Notes under the pieces: model-generated | What the model was told of the DNA's origin: nothing | Seen by the model: the letters and a program-made list of their open reading frames with translations, nothing else | Databases searched by the model: none | Program-made: the position numbers and the translations under genes | Origin: Octopus vulgaris | Lineage: Eukaryota | Assembly (NCBI GenBank): GCA_951406725.2 | Contig: OX597814.1 | Coordinates: 33,480,001 to 33,544,000, forward strand | Direction: 5' to 3' | DNA length: 64,000 bases | In this document: piece after piece, positions 27,660 to 41,920 of the stretch | How the letters are laid out: every line of letters begins with the position of its first letter | Position numbering within the stretch: position 1 is the first letter of the stretch

Positions 27660-28266
27660 TCACTTCCAGCATACTTCCATTTAAAAGCCTCAGTGTACGG
27701 GCCGGTTCTTCTTACCTTAATCCATCAACATAAAAATTTTCTTAAATTGAGAGATGAGCTTTCCCCAACCAGCATGGTTATACGTAGGACCACTTTTAAG
27801 AATTTCGTCCACATACCTGGTGTACATCTTATTTCTGTATCTTGGTACCACTTTGCTTTTTATTATAGTCATGTATAACGTCACGAACATGGACCCTAAG
27901 CGCCAAGCCAATTCATAATACATTTTTTGTCTATATAAATTGCAGTTTAGATAAGTAAAATAATTGGGGAAACTTGAGTTCTCAAAACAAAATAAACAGG
28001 ATGGATAACGTATAAATCTAACGGTTAAAAAAACAAATTACAATGGTAATATCTATATCAATGGAATTAAACATCCATACTATAAAGATACTAACATCAC
28101 TTTTCTAGAAGGTAAGACTTACCAAGATCTAGGCACGTTAATGTTGAATTTAGAAATATTACTCTACCAAACAAACAGCAAGGAGCTCATACGAAAATAT
28201 GAAAACATTGAGATGAAAATGATAAAACTCAAACAGAGTTTTCAATAGGTATCTAAAAGGGACCCT
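27660..28266 (-). pseudogene. Penelope-like reverse transcriptase remnant
   Basis: YLNCNLYRQK, LGSMFVTLYM and YTRYVDEI match the PLE RT motifs F..K.Y.Q, GSPL...AN.YM and Y.RYVDD. Confidence 0.65.
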
Positions 28267-28669
28267 GTTCACCATATATACATATATGAGAGCGTTTGGA
28301 TGCGTGAATATATATTTGTAAATGTATACGTCAGCGTCTTTGCATCAGTATATAAATATGCATACATGTAAACATTTATAATACATCTATCTGTATACAT
28401 CATAAACATATTATCTATGAGTGTGTTTGTGTTTGCTTGCATGTGACTGGGAATATATACGAGAATACAATGAAAGACAGGTGTGGTATTCTTCAAAAAG
28501 GCAAATAGTGGTAGAAGGCGAAAGAGACGAGATGATTATTCAGGAAAAAAAAGAAAAGAAGTTGTTTGCCATAGTTAAGATCGTTCGTAGCGATAATTCT
28601 ATGTTTATTCTTCTGGCATTTCCAATGTTTTAGTAGGGAGAGGTATATAGCTATATATTTGCATACACC

Positions 28670-28825
<156 letters not shown>

Positions 28826-28852
28826 CAATATATATATATATAATATATAATA

Positions 28853-28906
<54 letters not shown>

Positions 28907-29558
28907 ATATATATATATAATATACAATATATATATATATATATATAATATACAATATATATATATATATATATACATATATATGATATGATATATATTT
29001 TTTTTTCCTCTTGCCTACTCCGTCCATACTTCAAGAAGCTAGAATTATTTTTATCTTTCTTTTCCAATATCAATACATATTTATACCAACAATAACAGCC
29101 TTCACCTTATCTTACTATTTCTTTCGCCATCAAAATCATTTCCTAGCATTATTATTATCATTATTATCATTATTATTATTATTATTATTGTTGTTGTTGT
29201 TGTTGTTTTCTTCATCATCATCATCATCATCATCACCATCATCATCATCGTCGTCGTTGTTATTGTTGCTGTTGCTGTTATTAGTATTAACGTTGTTATT
29301 GTCTCTATTTATCTTTTACGTTTTATTTTGTATTTTCTGTTCCATATTTGCAGTTCTTTTCCTCTTTTTTACAAATTCTTACTTCTATATCAATACTTAC
29401 CTTTAGTTCCTTTACCATGATAAATGATCAGGGTTCTATTGTCACACCATCCATTGGACAGTGCTTCCCTACTAAACTTCTCTGAGGACACAATTAGTAT
29501 CATCAGACCATGAAGTAAGAAGATAATAATCAAGTCCGCAAGTTTACGCATATGTGTG

Positions 29559-29642
<84 letters not shown>

Positions 29643-29723
29643 TATATATATAAACAGTTTATACACTTGTGTGTGTGTGCATATGTATATATGTGTGTCT
29701 GTCTGTCTGTATTTATGTATATA

Positions 29724-29766
<43 letters not shown>

Positions 29767-29874
29767 TTAGTGAACGTACACTGGGGCTTTTTAATGGAAA
29801 TATTCTGGCAGTGACTTTGTGCCCTTAAAATATCTAAAACATATTGCAAAATAAACCATCAATACTTACTGTTA

Positions 29875-29928
<54 letters not shown>

Positions 29929-30273
29929 ATTCATATTCCCTCTGCATGGCATGTTGGGCAAGTCTTTTCTATAGCCTCGCACCGGCGAAAACCCTTGTGA
30001 GTGGACTTGGAGGACAGAAATTGAAAGAAGCCCATCGTATATGTATGTGGGGGGGGGGGACTGTGTTCGTCTCCACCACTGCTTGACAACCGGTGTTAGT
30101 TGCCTTACGTCCCCGTAACATAGCAATTTGGCAAAAAGAAACCGATAGAATATGTACCACGTTTAAAAATAAGATCCTGAGGTCGATTTGTGCGACTAAA
30201 ACCATTCAAGGCGGTGCCCCAGCATGGTCACAGTCAAATGACTGAAACACGTCAGATAAAAGTTATATGTATG

Positions 30274-30535
<262 letters not shown>

Positions 30536-31007
30536 ATATATATATATATACACACAACATGAATTTCTTCTATCTTATTGCCCTTTTAAAATATTTGGGA
30601 AAAATTATATTCAATGTGTCCAACTTGTTATCATTCTTTATTTACTTATTTTGCAACTGAAGATGGTACTGCCTTTAAATTGATGTAATGATTACATGGT
30701 TCGGTTAAATGGAGCCGCTTGAAATGGTCGTCCTACATCACTACTTGATATCCTGTTGCTTACTCTGGTTTTATTCATCTTACTTCGGGCTGTGCGGATA
30801 ATACCAGACTGACTTGGTGCTTGAACTTAAGCACCTGATTCAACTGAATCTCAATTATATATATATATATAATTCAAAAAATTTATATATATATATATTA
30901 TTTGTGGATGAGCAAGTCTACCAATGGTTCCGTCTTCAAAAGAGAGTATTATCATTTTTTAAGCGTACCACATAGGAACGTTGGTGCTCGTCTTCATTTT
31001 GGATGAG

Positions 31008-31038
<31 letters not shown>

Positions 31039-31041
<3 letters not shown>

Positions 31042-31123
31042 GTGCTCGCGCGTGCACGTGTGTGTCTGTGGTGCTCGCGCGTGCACGTGTGTGTCTGTGG
31101 TGCTCGCGCGTGCACGTGTGTGT
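31039..31123. repeat. 29-bp CpG-rich tandem repeat, 3 copies
   Basis: gtggtgctcgcgcgtgcacgtgtgtgtct repeated. Confidence 0.85.
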
Positions 31124-31142
31124 GTGTATGTGTATATATAAG

Positions 31143-31260
<118 letters not shown>

Positions 31261-31791
31261 TGCCTCAGTGGGTCTGTGAGTATATATATATTAATATGTG
31301 TGTGTGTGCCTGAATGTAAGAAAGATAAGGAGGGAGAAAGAAGAACAGAGTGAAAGTGAGAGAGAGAAAGAGAGAGCAGTCTATATTTTCCAATACTTTT
31401 ACCTAGGTTTTGCGGCTATAGAGAACTGACAAAAATTCACAAATGTCCACATCTTTTTCGCGTTACGAAGCAGTCAAAATATGCAGATAAACTTCTTTGA
31501 TATATTCTCTTTGCTTTCAACTGGGTATCTACTAAATCTTTTTGACTAAATATCTGCATATTTGCAAAAACTTATAGATCGTTTGCAATTATATAGTTCG
31601 TCCGAAGGTATATGTATGAAAGTATGTTATGGAAGTACAAGAACGATTTTGATTTCAACAACGTTGCTATATCTTTGCATTTTCTAACACTAATATTTAT
31701 CGGAATGAGTTTCAAATCATGACGTCACTCTTCACTGTTTCTTTTTCTTTTTTTTTTTTTTGTTTGTGAACTTCCAAGTCCTACGAGTGTA

Positions 31792-32030
31792 TGATGAAGC
31801 ATCAAAAAGCTTGTCTATTTTTGCAAGAAATAGCAGCTAAATTTATATCAGTTACCACCTACTTGTCTTAAACAGAGGGGTATTGTTGTCCTAGATATAC
31901 TATGGCTGATGAAGCATCAAAAAGCTAGTCTAATTTTCTAGAAATAGCAGCTAACTTTATATCAGTTACCACCTACTTGTCTTAAACAGAGGGGTATTGT
32001 TGCCCTAGATATACTATGGCTGATGAAGCA
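31792..32030. repeat. About 115-bp tandem duplication
   Basis: tgatgaagca recurs at 31792, 31907 and 32021 with matching intervening sequence. Confidence 0.85.
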
Positions 32031-32367
32031 GCATGATACTCGATGTTGGTGCGTTTACGTCGCCGTAACTTAACGGATCGGCAAAAGAGACCGACACAAG
32101 TACTAAGCTTACAAAGAATAAGTCCTGGAATCGATTTCTTCAACAAAAATCCTTTTAAGGTGGTGCTCCAGCATGGCCACACTCAAATGACTGCAACTAG
32201 TAAACAAATAAACGACTATATAAGAAGAAATAGAAGACATCGGAAAAAGCAAATGTTATGTTATGAACTTCGTTACATAAGTTCATTACATAACCTTTGT
32301 TTTATTTTCCTGTGTCATCTGTTTGTTCCTAACACCACTCTATATTCATCTGCCATTGGGCTCTGAA

Positions 32368-32429
<62 letters not shown>

Positions 32430-32481
32430 AGTTCTACACCAGGTTATTAGTCTCGCTATACCTAAACGAAATATTTATATA

Positions 32482-32519
<38 letters not shown>

Positions 32520-32680
32520 AACAACTTTTAAACAAGGGCAAAAGAAAATTATTTCTATGCCAATATGCTGATAACAGACTTTTAAATCGTCAATTTCCAC
32601 ATATTATATACTCACTATAGAAATACGTTGAACTGAAATCGGGAAGCTAGTCAACAGAATTTTTTTTTTAAAGTTCGCTA

Positions 32681-32739
32681 TTTCTATATTGAATCAATTT
32701 CGGAATTAATCTCATAGATTTTTTCCTCGTCAGTAGAAA
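32681..32739 (-). ncRNA. Type I hammerhead ribozyme, intact mirror copy
   Basis: Same fold with CTGACGA core; the core differs only at the variable position 7. Confidence 0.85.
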
Positions 32740-33087
32740 ATACGAATAGAAATAAATGAAATACTTACATGCGCCCATGTAAGTATTAAGGTTATAAGTT
32801 TATAAGTTGTTTATAATTTTAACATTTAAAGGTATTTTAATATGCTGCCACTTTTTGATGAATTTTTTTCTGTAAAAAACTTCATCCTATATTAGTAGTA
32901 AATTTATTATTATTCACTATAGGGACTGGTAACCACTATAAGCTGTGGTAGAGAACAGCTCACACGTGTACTGAGGCTAGCCAAAGGATTTTATATTTAG
33001 ATATAACTGGGGTACTTATATGTACACATGACTTTTGCTTCGGTTTTTTACCATGGGCGCATGTATTTCATTTATTTCTATTCGTAT

Positions 33088-33147
33088 TTTCTACTGAAGA
33101 GGAAAAAAATCTATGAGATTAATTCCGAAATTGATTCAATATAGAAA
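33088..33147 (+). ncRNA. Type I hammerhead ribozyme, intact
   Basis: Stem I TTTCTA/TAGAAA; CTGAAGA; stem II GGAA/TTCC; GAAA; stem III ATTGA-T-TCAAT; AUA cleavage triplet. Confidence 0.85.
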
Positions 33148-33324
33148 TAACGAACGTTTTAAAAAAAATTCTGTTGACTAGCTTCCCGATTTCAGTACAA
33201 CGTATTTCTATAGTTAGTATATAATATGTGGAAATTGACGATTTAAAAGTCTGTTATCAGCATATTGGCATAGAAATAATTTTCTTTTGTCCTTGTTTAT
33301 AAGTTGTGTATATATATATATATA

Positions 33325-34140
33325 TAAGGTTAATCCAAACGGGAAAACAGAAAAAACAACAACACGTGGAACAATTAAAGTATTATTATTATTAGGCGCT
33401 CAGGAAAAAGGGAAGAAGGAGGGTATGACGTTTCGAGCGGAGCTCTTCGTCGGAAACATAAGAGAAGGAAGAAAGAAGAAAGAAAGATCCCGATGTGGGC
33501 GAACGGAGGGAAAAAAACGCGACTGGTTTTTACGAAGTAAGCATGCTGAAAGGCCGGAAGTTTTGGATAACAGTGGCTGGTTTTTAAAGACAAAAGAGCG
33601 GAGACAGGAACGTTGGTAACAACTCGATGAAACGGAAGAATGATGTGTATGTATGTGTGAGTGGATACGTGTGTGTATGTGTGTGTGAGGCGAGATAAAA
33701 AAAATATATGTATAGGTTAGTGCGTGCGTCTGTATGTAAGTGTAGGGCGAAAAGTAGTTGACATAGCAGTCTCAAGTGAGTAGTCAGTGGTAAAAGGAGG
33801 AAGGAGGGAAAGGGTGGGGGCGTATGTAACGTGCCAGTGTGTGTGTTGAGTGGTAGTGTGTGTGTGTCCAGTGTGCGTAGTTGTATGTATGGCAAGTAAA
33901 TTTGAAGTGTGTGTAAGTGTAATGTATATATATATATGCAAATGTGTGTGTGTGAGTGCGTGGGAGTGGGTGTATGTGTGTGTGTGCGTGTGTGTACAAA
34001 AGGGGGGGTATTAAGGAAACAAACTGCAACTGAGGGAAAGATGGAAAAGTGCTCCCGCGGTGACAGGCGTAGGAGAAACCCAAAGACAACGCGCCGGCCC
34101 CAGATACGAACAGGAGATCTAGTCGGTACCCACGGGCGTG
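33325..34140 (-). mobile_element. PLE 3' remnant: decayed ORF end, CA-rich UTR and variant HHR
   Basis: Reverse complement of 33423-33457: CCGACGA a GAGC tcc GCTC GAAACGTC; RLSPREHFSIF..LNTPPF resembles a PLE C-terminus. Confidence 0.5.
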
Positions 34141-35700
34141 GTGCATGCATGCGTGTATGCGTGCGCGAACGCGCACATGCGTGTATGTGCGCGCGCCTGC
34201 GAGTATGTGTGTAAGTATGTGTGCGTGTGGATGTGTGAGTGTGTCTGTGTGTATGTCTGGGTGTCAGTGTGTCCGATGAATGTATGTAAGTATGTGTGTG
34301 TATATGTGTGTGTATAGATGTATGTCCGTGTGTATATGTGTGTGTATGTGTATGAGTGTGTATGTATGTACGTGTGTGTGTGTATGTGCATGTGTGTGCG
34401 CGTGCATGCAAGTGTGTGAGTGAGTGTGTGTGTGTGTATGTATGTGTGAGTGTGTATGTCTGTGTGTATAGGATGCATGTATGTGTATGGGTGTATGTAT
34501 GTGTGTATGTATGTATGTGTACGTGCGTGTGTGTGTGTATGCATGTATGCATGTATGCGTATATGCGTGTAGGTGTGCGCGTGTGCATGCATGCATGTGC
34601 GTATGCATGTGTGTGTGTGTGTGCATGTGTGTAAGTATATATGTATGTGCGTATATGTGCGTGTATGTGCGTACATGTGTGTGTGTGTATGCATGTGTGT
34701 GTATGTAGGTGTGTAGGCGTGTGTGTATAGGTGTTTGTATGTAAGTATGTATAGGTGTGTCCGTGTATGTGTGTGTATGCATGTGTGTGTATGTAGGTGT
34801 GTAGGCGTGTGTGTATAGGTGTATGTATGTATGTATGGGTGTGTCCGTGTATGTTTGTGTGTGTGTGTGTATGCATGTGTATGTAGGTGTGTGTGTACGT
34901 ATGTAATATATGTATGTATGCGTGTGTGTGTGTGTGTGTATGCGTGTGTGTGTGTATATAGGTGCGTATGTATGTGTGTGGGAGTGTAGGTGTGTGTGTG
35001 CGTGTATGTGTGCGTGTGCGTGTATATGTTGGTGTGTGTGTATGTGAGTGTGAGTGTATGGGTGTTTGTCATGCATGTGTGTGCGCGTGCAGGTGAGTGT
35101 GTGTGTAAGTATGTGTGTGTGTATGTATGTGTGAGTGTGTATGTGTGTATGTCTGTGTGTATGTATGTGCGTATAGGAGTATGTAAGTATGTGTGTATGT
35201 GTATGGGTGTATGTATGTATGTATGTGTGTGTGTGTGCATGTGTGTAAGTATATGTGTGTGTGCGTATGTATGTGTATGTGTATGTGTGTGTGTTTATGT
35301 ATGTGTGTATGTATGTGTGTAAGTGTGTATAGGTGTATGTATGTATGGGTGTGTGTCTGTGTGTGTTTGTGTGTGTGTGTAGGTATGTGTGTATGTATGA
35401 GTGAAGGTATGGCTGTGGCTGTGTAGGTGTGTGTATGTATGTAATGTATGTATGTAGGTGCGTGTGCGTGTATATGTGTGTGTGTGTGTGTATGCGTGTG
35501 AGTGTGAGTGTATGGGTGTATGTCTGTGTGTGTGTATGTCTTAAGTATGTATGTGTGCGTATGTATGTATGTGTGTGTGCGCGGGTGTGTGTGAGTGTGT
35601 GCGTGTATGTATGTGGGTGGGGATGCATGCGTGTGTGTGGGTATGTATGTATACATACGCACGCACACACACGAAGCACGCCCACACACACGAAGCACGC
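34140..35700. repeat. About 1.5 kb degenerate (TG/TATG) tract
   Basis: Alternating purine-pyrimidine mosaic; source of the long spurious H/T/Y ORFs. Confidence 0.9.
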
Positions 35701-36069
35701 TCACACAATATATATATATATATGTATGTATGTATGTATCATGTATGTATATATATATTAGCCGTGTATATAAATCAACTATATAGGTCATATATATTAT
35801 TTCAATACAGTGTAGACTGAGCTCTCCGTTGAAAGGCCCCTGGTATTATATAAAGTGTTAACATTTACCGTATGCAAATTAGCAGCCCCAGTTTCTTGTA
35901 GCTTCTGAAATTAATGAGTATATAAACAAATTGGAAGCTTTTTTCTCCGTGATTGGTCTCATGGATGTAGACGTCACTCATGAGAATCCATTAACATTCG
36001 AAAATTGATTATGGTCGTTCATTATTGTATTTTCAGTCTACGGAGAAATAGGTTATATATATTTCTTTT

Positions 36070-36630
36070 GTTTTTTACTTGTTTCAGGCATTTTACTGCG
36101 GCCATGCTGGATCACCGCTTTTAGTCGAACAAATCGACCCCAGGACTTATACTTTGTAAGCCTAGTACTTATTATATCGGTATCTTTTGCTCAGCAGCTA
36201 AGTTACGTAGACGTAAACACTTCAACATTTTTCCCAGTAACTTCATAACAGTACTGGCACCGCCAAGATTGAGTGATCTCAATGATAATGGTGCGAAACC
36301 ATGATGATATTTGGATTATTCAAAGTAGCGAATACTCCGTGTATCGTGTCCTTGTCTATATTCCCCGTCTGTTAAGTTTTCGTCCTGTTTCCTGTTTGCC
36401 CTGCGTTCGTCTAACTTTTTCTCCTTGCTGTGTTCTGTCTGTTCAATCATTGATTATATATATACTTATACGACGGTCTTCTTTCAGTTTCCGTCTTCCA
36501 AATCCACCCACAAGGCTTTATTCGGCCCGAAGCTATAGTAAAAGACACTTGACCAAAGTGCCACGCAGTGGGACTGAACCCGGAATCATGTGGTTGAGAA
36601 GCAAGCTTCTTACCACACAGCCACTCTTGA
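36070..36630 (-). mobile_element. SINE family A interrupted by a PLE-like fragment (about 36230-36460)
   Basis: SINE halves on both sides; insert has ctg GCACC...GGTGC GAAACCATG, an HHR-like motif with a deleted core. Confidence 0.6.
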
Positions 36631-37141
36631 GCCTATATATAAAGGCCTATATATATTCACGAGCTTCTGCATAGACTGTCCACCAAATTTCATTCACAAG
36701 TTATTGGTCAACCCGAGGCTATACAAAAATACCGTATACCATGCAGTGGTACTGAACCCGAGAACACATGATTTTCACGGTTGTGTAGCGAACTTCTTAA
36801 TAAAACATATACATTTCCTCTGTTTGCACATACACATCAGAATGCATACACGCACGCACACAGCAGCTCTGTGTAGAAACGGAAAGAGAGGAATACAGGA
36901 AAGAGGATAGAATCTAAATGGAACATGTATCACAAGAAAAATTTATGCACAGGAATATTCATATATATATACATATATATATATACAATATATACCCATA
37001 AACACACACACATATATATATGCATATATTTGTTGCATTATTACTTTAAAATATTTTCAAAATTCAGATGAAAGAAAAAATACGCCTTTTATAAAGAAAT
37101 GAAAACAAACAAAATAAACAAAAGATACGCAGGAGCGAATA

Positions 37142-37176
<35 letters not shown>

Positions 37177-37518
37177 CACCAATATAAACAGAGTAATAGA
37201 AGCAAATGGAAAATGATAGGAGATAGTGAGAGAAGAGAGTTGAGAGAGAGAGAGAGGTCGTGAGAGATGGTATTTCGGAAAAAGGAGTAAAAGAAAAACG
37301 GCAAGAATTTGTATAAAAAGAAGAATGACGTGCAAAAACATTAAGTGAGATAGAGAGAGAGAGAGAGAGAGAGAGAAACAAAAAGGAACCTGTCAATACG
37401 TACGAATGTGCGTTGTAGTATTTCTTAAAAATAATAATTTTAATACTATTATTACCATTATTTTGTTATTATTACTATTTTTTTATTATTATCATTATTA
37501 TTATTATCATTATTATTA

Positions 37519-37574
<56 letters not shown>

Positions 37575-37808
37575 AATATAAAAAAAAATCATCATGCAAA
37601 TCTTGAAGTATTTAAAGAAACCTGCTGAGCGAACCGTGATGAGTGGAAAATGAAAACCTCCAGAAAAACGGAATATTGACAAAATTCCTCCAAGATATCC
37701 ATCTGTTCTTAGTCAATAAAGACGTTTTCTGTTCAAATAAAACTTTATGAAATGCACACATGCCCACACACACACACACACACACAGCCTATGTGTATAT
37801 ATGTGAGC

Positions 37809-37853
<45 letters not shown>

Positions 37854-38244
37854 TACGTACACGCGCGCATGCAAACACGACACATAAATACTTAAGTCAG
37901 CCTTGTGGCGAACCTCTTTAGATTCATATCTTCTTGCTATTTCTTATCCTTATTTCTATTTTATTAAACTAAAACTGAAAAACACGCACCCACTCACACG
38001 CTTATATACGCATACACATACATATAATAGATATAAGCACATATATGATACATATCATACGCATGCATATATATATATGCATATACATGTGTATATAATT
38101 CTATATGTAGAACAAACCACTCCGAGTCGGAAATTCTGGTAATGTGCATCGCTTCTAAGCATAACACGAAATACATATACATGTCTGTCTGTCTGTATGT
38201 ATGTCTGTCTGTCTGCCTGTATGTATGTATGGATGGATGGATGG

Positions 38245-38311
<67 letters not shown>

Positions 38312-38648
38312 AATATATATACACATACACGCCTATGTACGTGTGTATACACGTATTTATGTATATGCATATATGCATGTGTGAGTGTATGTATATGATG
38401 TGTATGAGGCGAAGCCATAGCATGTGAGAAAATTTTTCTGGAGCTAAGTCCACATCTAGTTTTCAAGTTCTAGTTTGAAATATATATAATTTAGTGACTC
38501 AGCAGATTTTTCGTACGGTAAGCCTGACTATTACAAATTCTGTATACGCCACGGAAATCGGGTAACCTGTCTTACGAGTCCTAGGGATCAATAAAAATAA
38601 ATTATTGAATTCTGTCAGATATCATAAATATTAATTTAGGCCGAAAAG

Positions 38649-38872
38649 ATGGCGGCGAGCTGGTAGAATCGTTAGCACGCTGGACGCTATGCTTAGCCGT
38701 ATTCGCCCGCCGCTACGTTCTGAGTTCAAATTCCGCCGAGGTTGATTTTGCATTTCATCCTTTCTGGGTCGATAAAACAAGTACCAGTTGAACACTGAGG
38801 TTGATGCAATCGACTCATCCCCTCTCTTAAAAGGGCTGCCCTTGTGACAAAATTTTAAACCATTAATATAAG
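38649..38872 (+). mobile_element. SINE family C (Meta-domain-like)
   Basis: ggcggcgagctggtagaatcg head; gagttcaaattcc box B; tttcatcctttctgggtcgataaaacaagtaccag. Confidence 0.8.
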
Positions 38873-39648
38873 AAACGAGCGTCATTTCTATTAGCTGGAT
38901 TTAAACACAACTGCTGTAGCATACTTTGTTAAGAAATTACCTATTATAGAAGAGTGTGTGATTTCCTCTTGTTAGATTCTATACAGAGTAGAAGTTTCTG
39001 TCACAGTATTATGTGACCAAATATGCTGTGCATATTAATCGGTGATAGGCATAAACGTATAAGCATATAAATGTTAAAAATTTCGTTTCACAACTACGTG
39101 GTACCTTGTTCTGTCACAATGCATGGTATCTTAGCCAAATATCTTCTAGGCGCAGGAGTGGCTGTGTGGTAAGTAGCTTGCTTACCAACCACATGGTTCT
39201 GGGTTCACGTAGTGGGACTAACAGAATCTTACAAACCTTTGAGAAAGAAATTTTCATGTAGAGCCTATTATTGTGTAAATGCGTTCCTTACTTTAACTTC
39301 CCAAACACGCATGTTCTGGGTCAATGCGTGTTGAGGAAATTGTTTTTAGTAATGAAGTTAAATATTTCTGGTTTAGTTTCGGATTTTAAATTCTTATAAA
39401 GAATATTTCTTTAGCTCTTCCTAGTTGATCAATTTTGTCTTTTAATTTGGAGAAAGGGAATATTTTGAAATTTATATACATATATAAAAACCCAAAATAT
39501 TTCTTTTCTGTCAACCAAATATTTCACTCAGAAGACATGTAGTAATCTCGGGCTATAGTACAAGACATTTCTAGATAGGTAAATATTTCGGTAGGTAAGC
39601 TATGTATATATATATGCGAGGATTTCATAAGAGATGTCGAATTTTACA

Positions 39649-40002
39649 ATTCTATATATAATAATAATATTTTTTATAAACTTAAAACTTATAACCGATT
39701 ACAATGTATTGACTAAAGAAAATAGTCTAATGGAAAAAAGTGGGTTTTCCCTACGTGTGGGACTCAAGCCAAACCTCTATGCTTTCGCGTCAAGTGACCT
39801 ACCATTTACACCAACGTACACACCTGCTCCTGCCCGTCAGATTAAGAACTATAATTTTATAGTTGTTTTTTATCAAAAAAACTAGCATGTGCATTTTCTT
39901 TGATGATTTGATTAGCGGTGCCGAAATTTATAATTCTGTAAATACACGGTGATCGCTTATAAGCTTTAAACTTTTAAAGAATATTACCATTATTTACAGA
40001 AT
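39649..40002. mobile_element. Old fold-back with a tRNA-like module in the spacer
   Basis: Arms about 39649-39720 / 39934-40002; reverse complement of 39749-39819 has tggtgtaaatggt and ggcttgagtcc boxes. Confidence 0.5.
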
Positions 40003-40259
40003 GTGTGTATGTGTGTGTCCATGTTTAATGATTCGGTGAATAGAGATAGATATTATAAGTACTAGCAAATAAATACTGCGATCGATATCATAGAATAAAT
40101 CTTGTAAGGCTGGACCCAAGTAAGAGAGTATATAAAGTCTAGAGTACGTCTCTGCCTCATTACGACTTCAGACTTTAAACAGTCTTTGGTTCTGGATGCA
40201 GATTATGAATTATTTAGATTTTAACAAGTTACTAACAGATCATATCATTTTTTTTTTTT

Positions 40260-40641
40260 TGGAAGCACTCCGTCGGTTACGATGACGAGGGTTCCGGTTG
40301 ATCCGATCAACAGAACAGCCTGCTCGTGAAATTAACGTGTAAGTGGCTGAGCACTCCACAGACACGTGTACCCTTAACGTAGTTCTCGGGGATATTCAGC
40401 GTGACACAGAGAGTGACAAGGCCGGCCCTCTGAAATACAGGTACAACAGAAGCAGGAAGTAAGAGTGAGAGAAAGTTGTGGTGAAAGAGTACAGCAGGGA
40501 TCACCACCATCCCTGCCGGAGCCTCGTGGAGCTTTAGGTGTTTTCGCTCAATAAACACTCACAACGCCCGGTCTGGGAATCGAAATCGCGATCCTACGAC
40601 CGCGAGTCCGCTGCCCTAACCACTGGGCCATTGCGCCTCCA
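40260..40641 (-). mobile_element. SINE family B, full length (tRNA-Arg-like head)
   Basis: Reverse complement gtggaggcgcaatggcccagtggttagggc...cgacggagtgcttcc + poly-A; highly similar to 51068-51443. Confidence 0.92.
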
Positions 40642-40794
40642 CAGATCATATCATACAACTGCAAGGACTATACTATTATCAGGAAATTTTACCTTTTATG
40701 TGGATGTTCAGTGCTTCTCGTTCACACTCAGTTTATGGTGTTATATACTTTTGTCATATAACATTGGTCTTTTATCTCCAATGCCGAATTTTAC

Positions 40795-41300
40795 AGAAAG
40801 AAAGAGGTGAATCTAGCCGAGTTTAACGTTACATCATGAAAATAACATGGACGGAGCTCCGACTCGAAACCTTATATAAACCTCCTCGAGGAATGTGAAG
40901 ATGCAGGCTGGAAAGCGGAGCATTTTTCAATCGAAGCCGGATGTAGAGGATTCGTTGGACACTGTGTGAGGCGACTGTTGTTATCCTTAAGCCAAACTAA
41001 TCGTAAAGTAAATACCACCATGAACGATATCCAAACAGCAGTAGAAAAGGCTAGTCACTGGATTTAGCTAAAAAGAGTCGATGAGCGCTGGCTAGAAGAA
41101 TATTGAGCTTTATTTGATAACCGGTTGATATAGCAAGCAGGGCCTCGTATCAGTGAGGGGGGCCGGTGCGCAATGATGCCGTCAAGAGGTAGGCCCCAAA
41201 ATGGCATGCATTCTCTCCTGTATGGCTTCGGGTTTGCGGAGCTTTGATCTGATGGCACTTGCATGTGCAAGTTGTTTGCAAAGCATCACAAACTAATTTC
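40795..41300 (+). mobile_element. 3' fragment of an RLE-type (HERO-like) non-LTR retrotransposon
   Basis: LLEECEDAGWKAEHFSIEAGCRGFVG...AVEKASHWI*LKR...W (stop at 41106), then 3' UTR. Confidence 0.82.
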
Positions 41301-41920
41301 GTCAGTCAGTGTTAGCATGTTGGATCATTCTACTAATATTTAACATTTATTATACCTGAATTGACAAAACGGAATATGATATGAATATGCTCTGTAATGA
41401 AATCCGTAACGCTTTCGTCCAACAATCGAATCCTGTGACTGAACCTCTTATACCACAAAGTGCTGCTTGTAATGCTTAATGTTTACATTTAAAAGCCGGC
41501 ACAATCTTCTTAATGTTCACTTAGAAGAATTTTTCTAGTATTAGAACCGCGTATTTCTTGTCTATGGATGGTGAGTCTAGTTCACAGGGTAAGTTTCGTT
41601 TGTCCTGCGTAATCTCCCTTATAATCATTACATTCAATAGCATGAAATAAATTTTTCACCAAGGTCACAGAATCGTTAACATGCTAAGCATTTTGTCCAT
41701 ATTTATGTCCTGAATTCAAATACTACCGAGGTCGACTTTGCCTTTCATCATTTCGGAGACGATGAAATAAAACGCTCAATTACCGGGATCGATGTAATTG
41801 ACAAGTCCCCTGGCCCAAAATGTCAGGCCTTGTGCCAAAAGTAGACAGGATTATTTAAAGTAAAATCTGATTAATTAATCCTAATTAGTTAATTCGGGAA
41901 TTTGTTACAAAGAAATAAAT

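Larger units (their letters stand above)
32516..33312. mobile_element. Young fold-back HHR element with about 260 bp near-identical arms
   Basis: Arms 32516-32779 / 33052-33312; direct repeat 32798-32815 / 33295-33312 (17/18). Confidence 0.9.

Noticed and set aside
31905-31950. CTGATGA-AGC..GCT in a tandem repeat as a possible HHR
   Set aside because: GAAA is not adjacent to stem II, and stems I and III cannot be formed
33584-35791. Long ORFs of 373-475 aa rich in H/T/Y
   Set aside because: Translations of a degenerate (CA)n/(TG)n tract, open in several frames, with no domain signal
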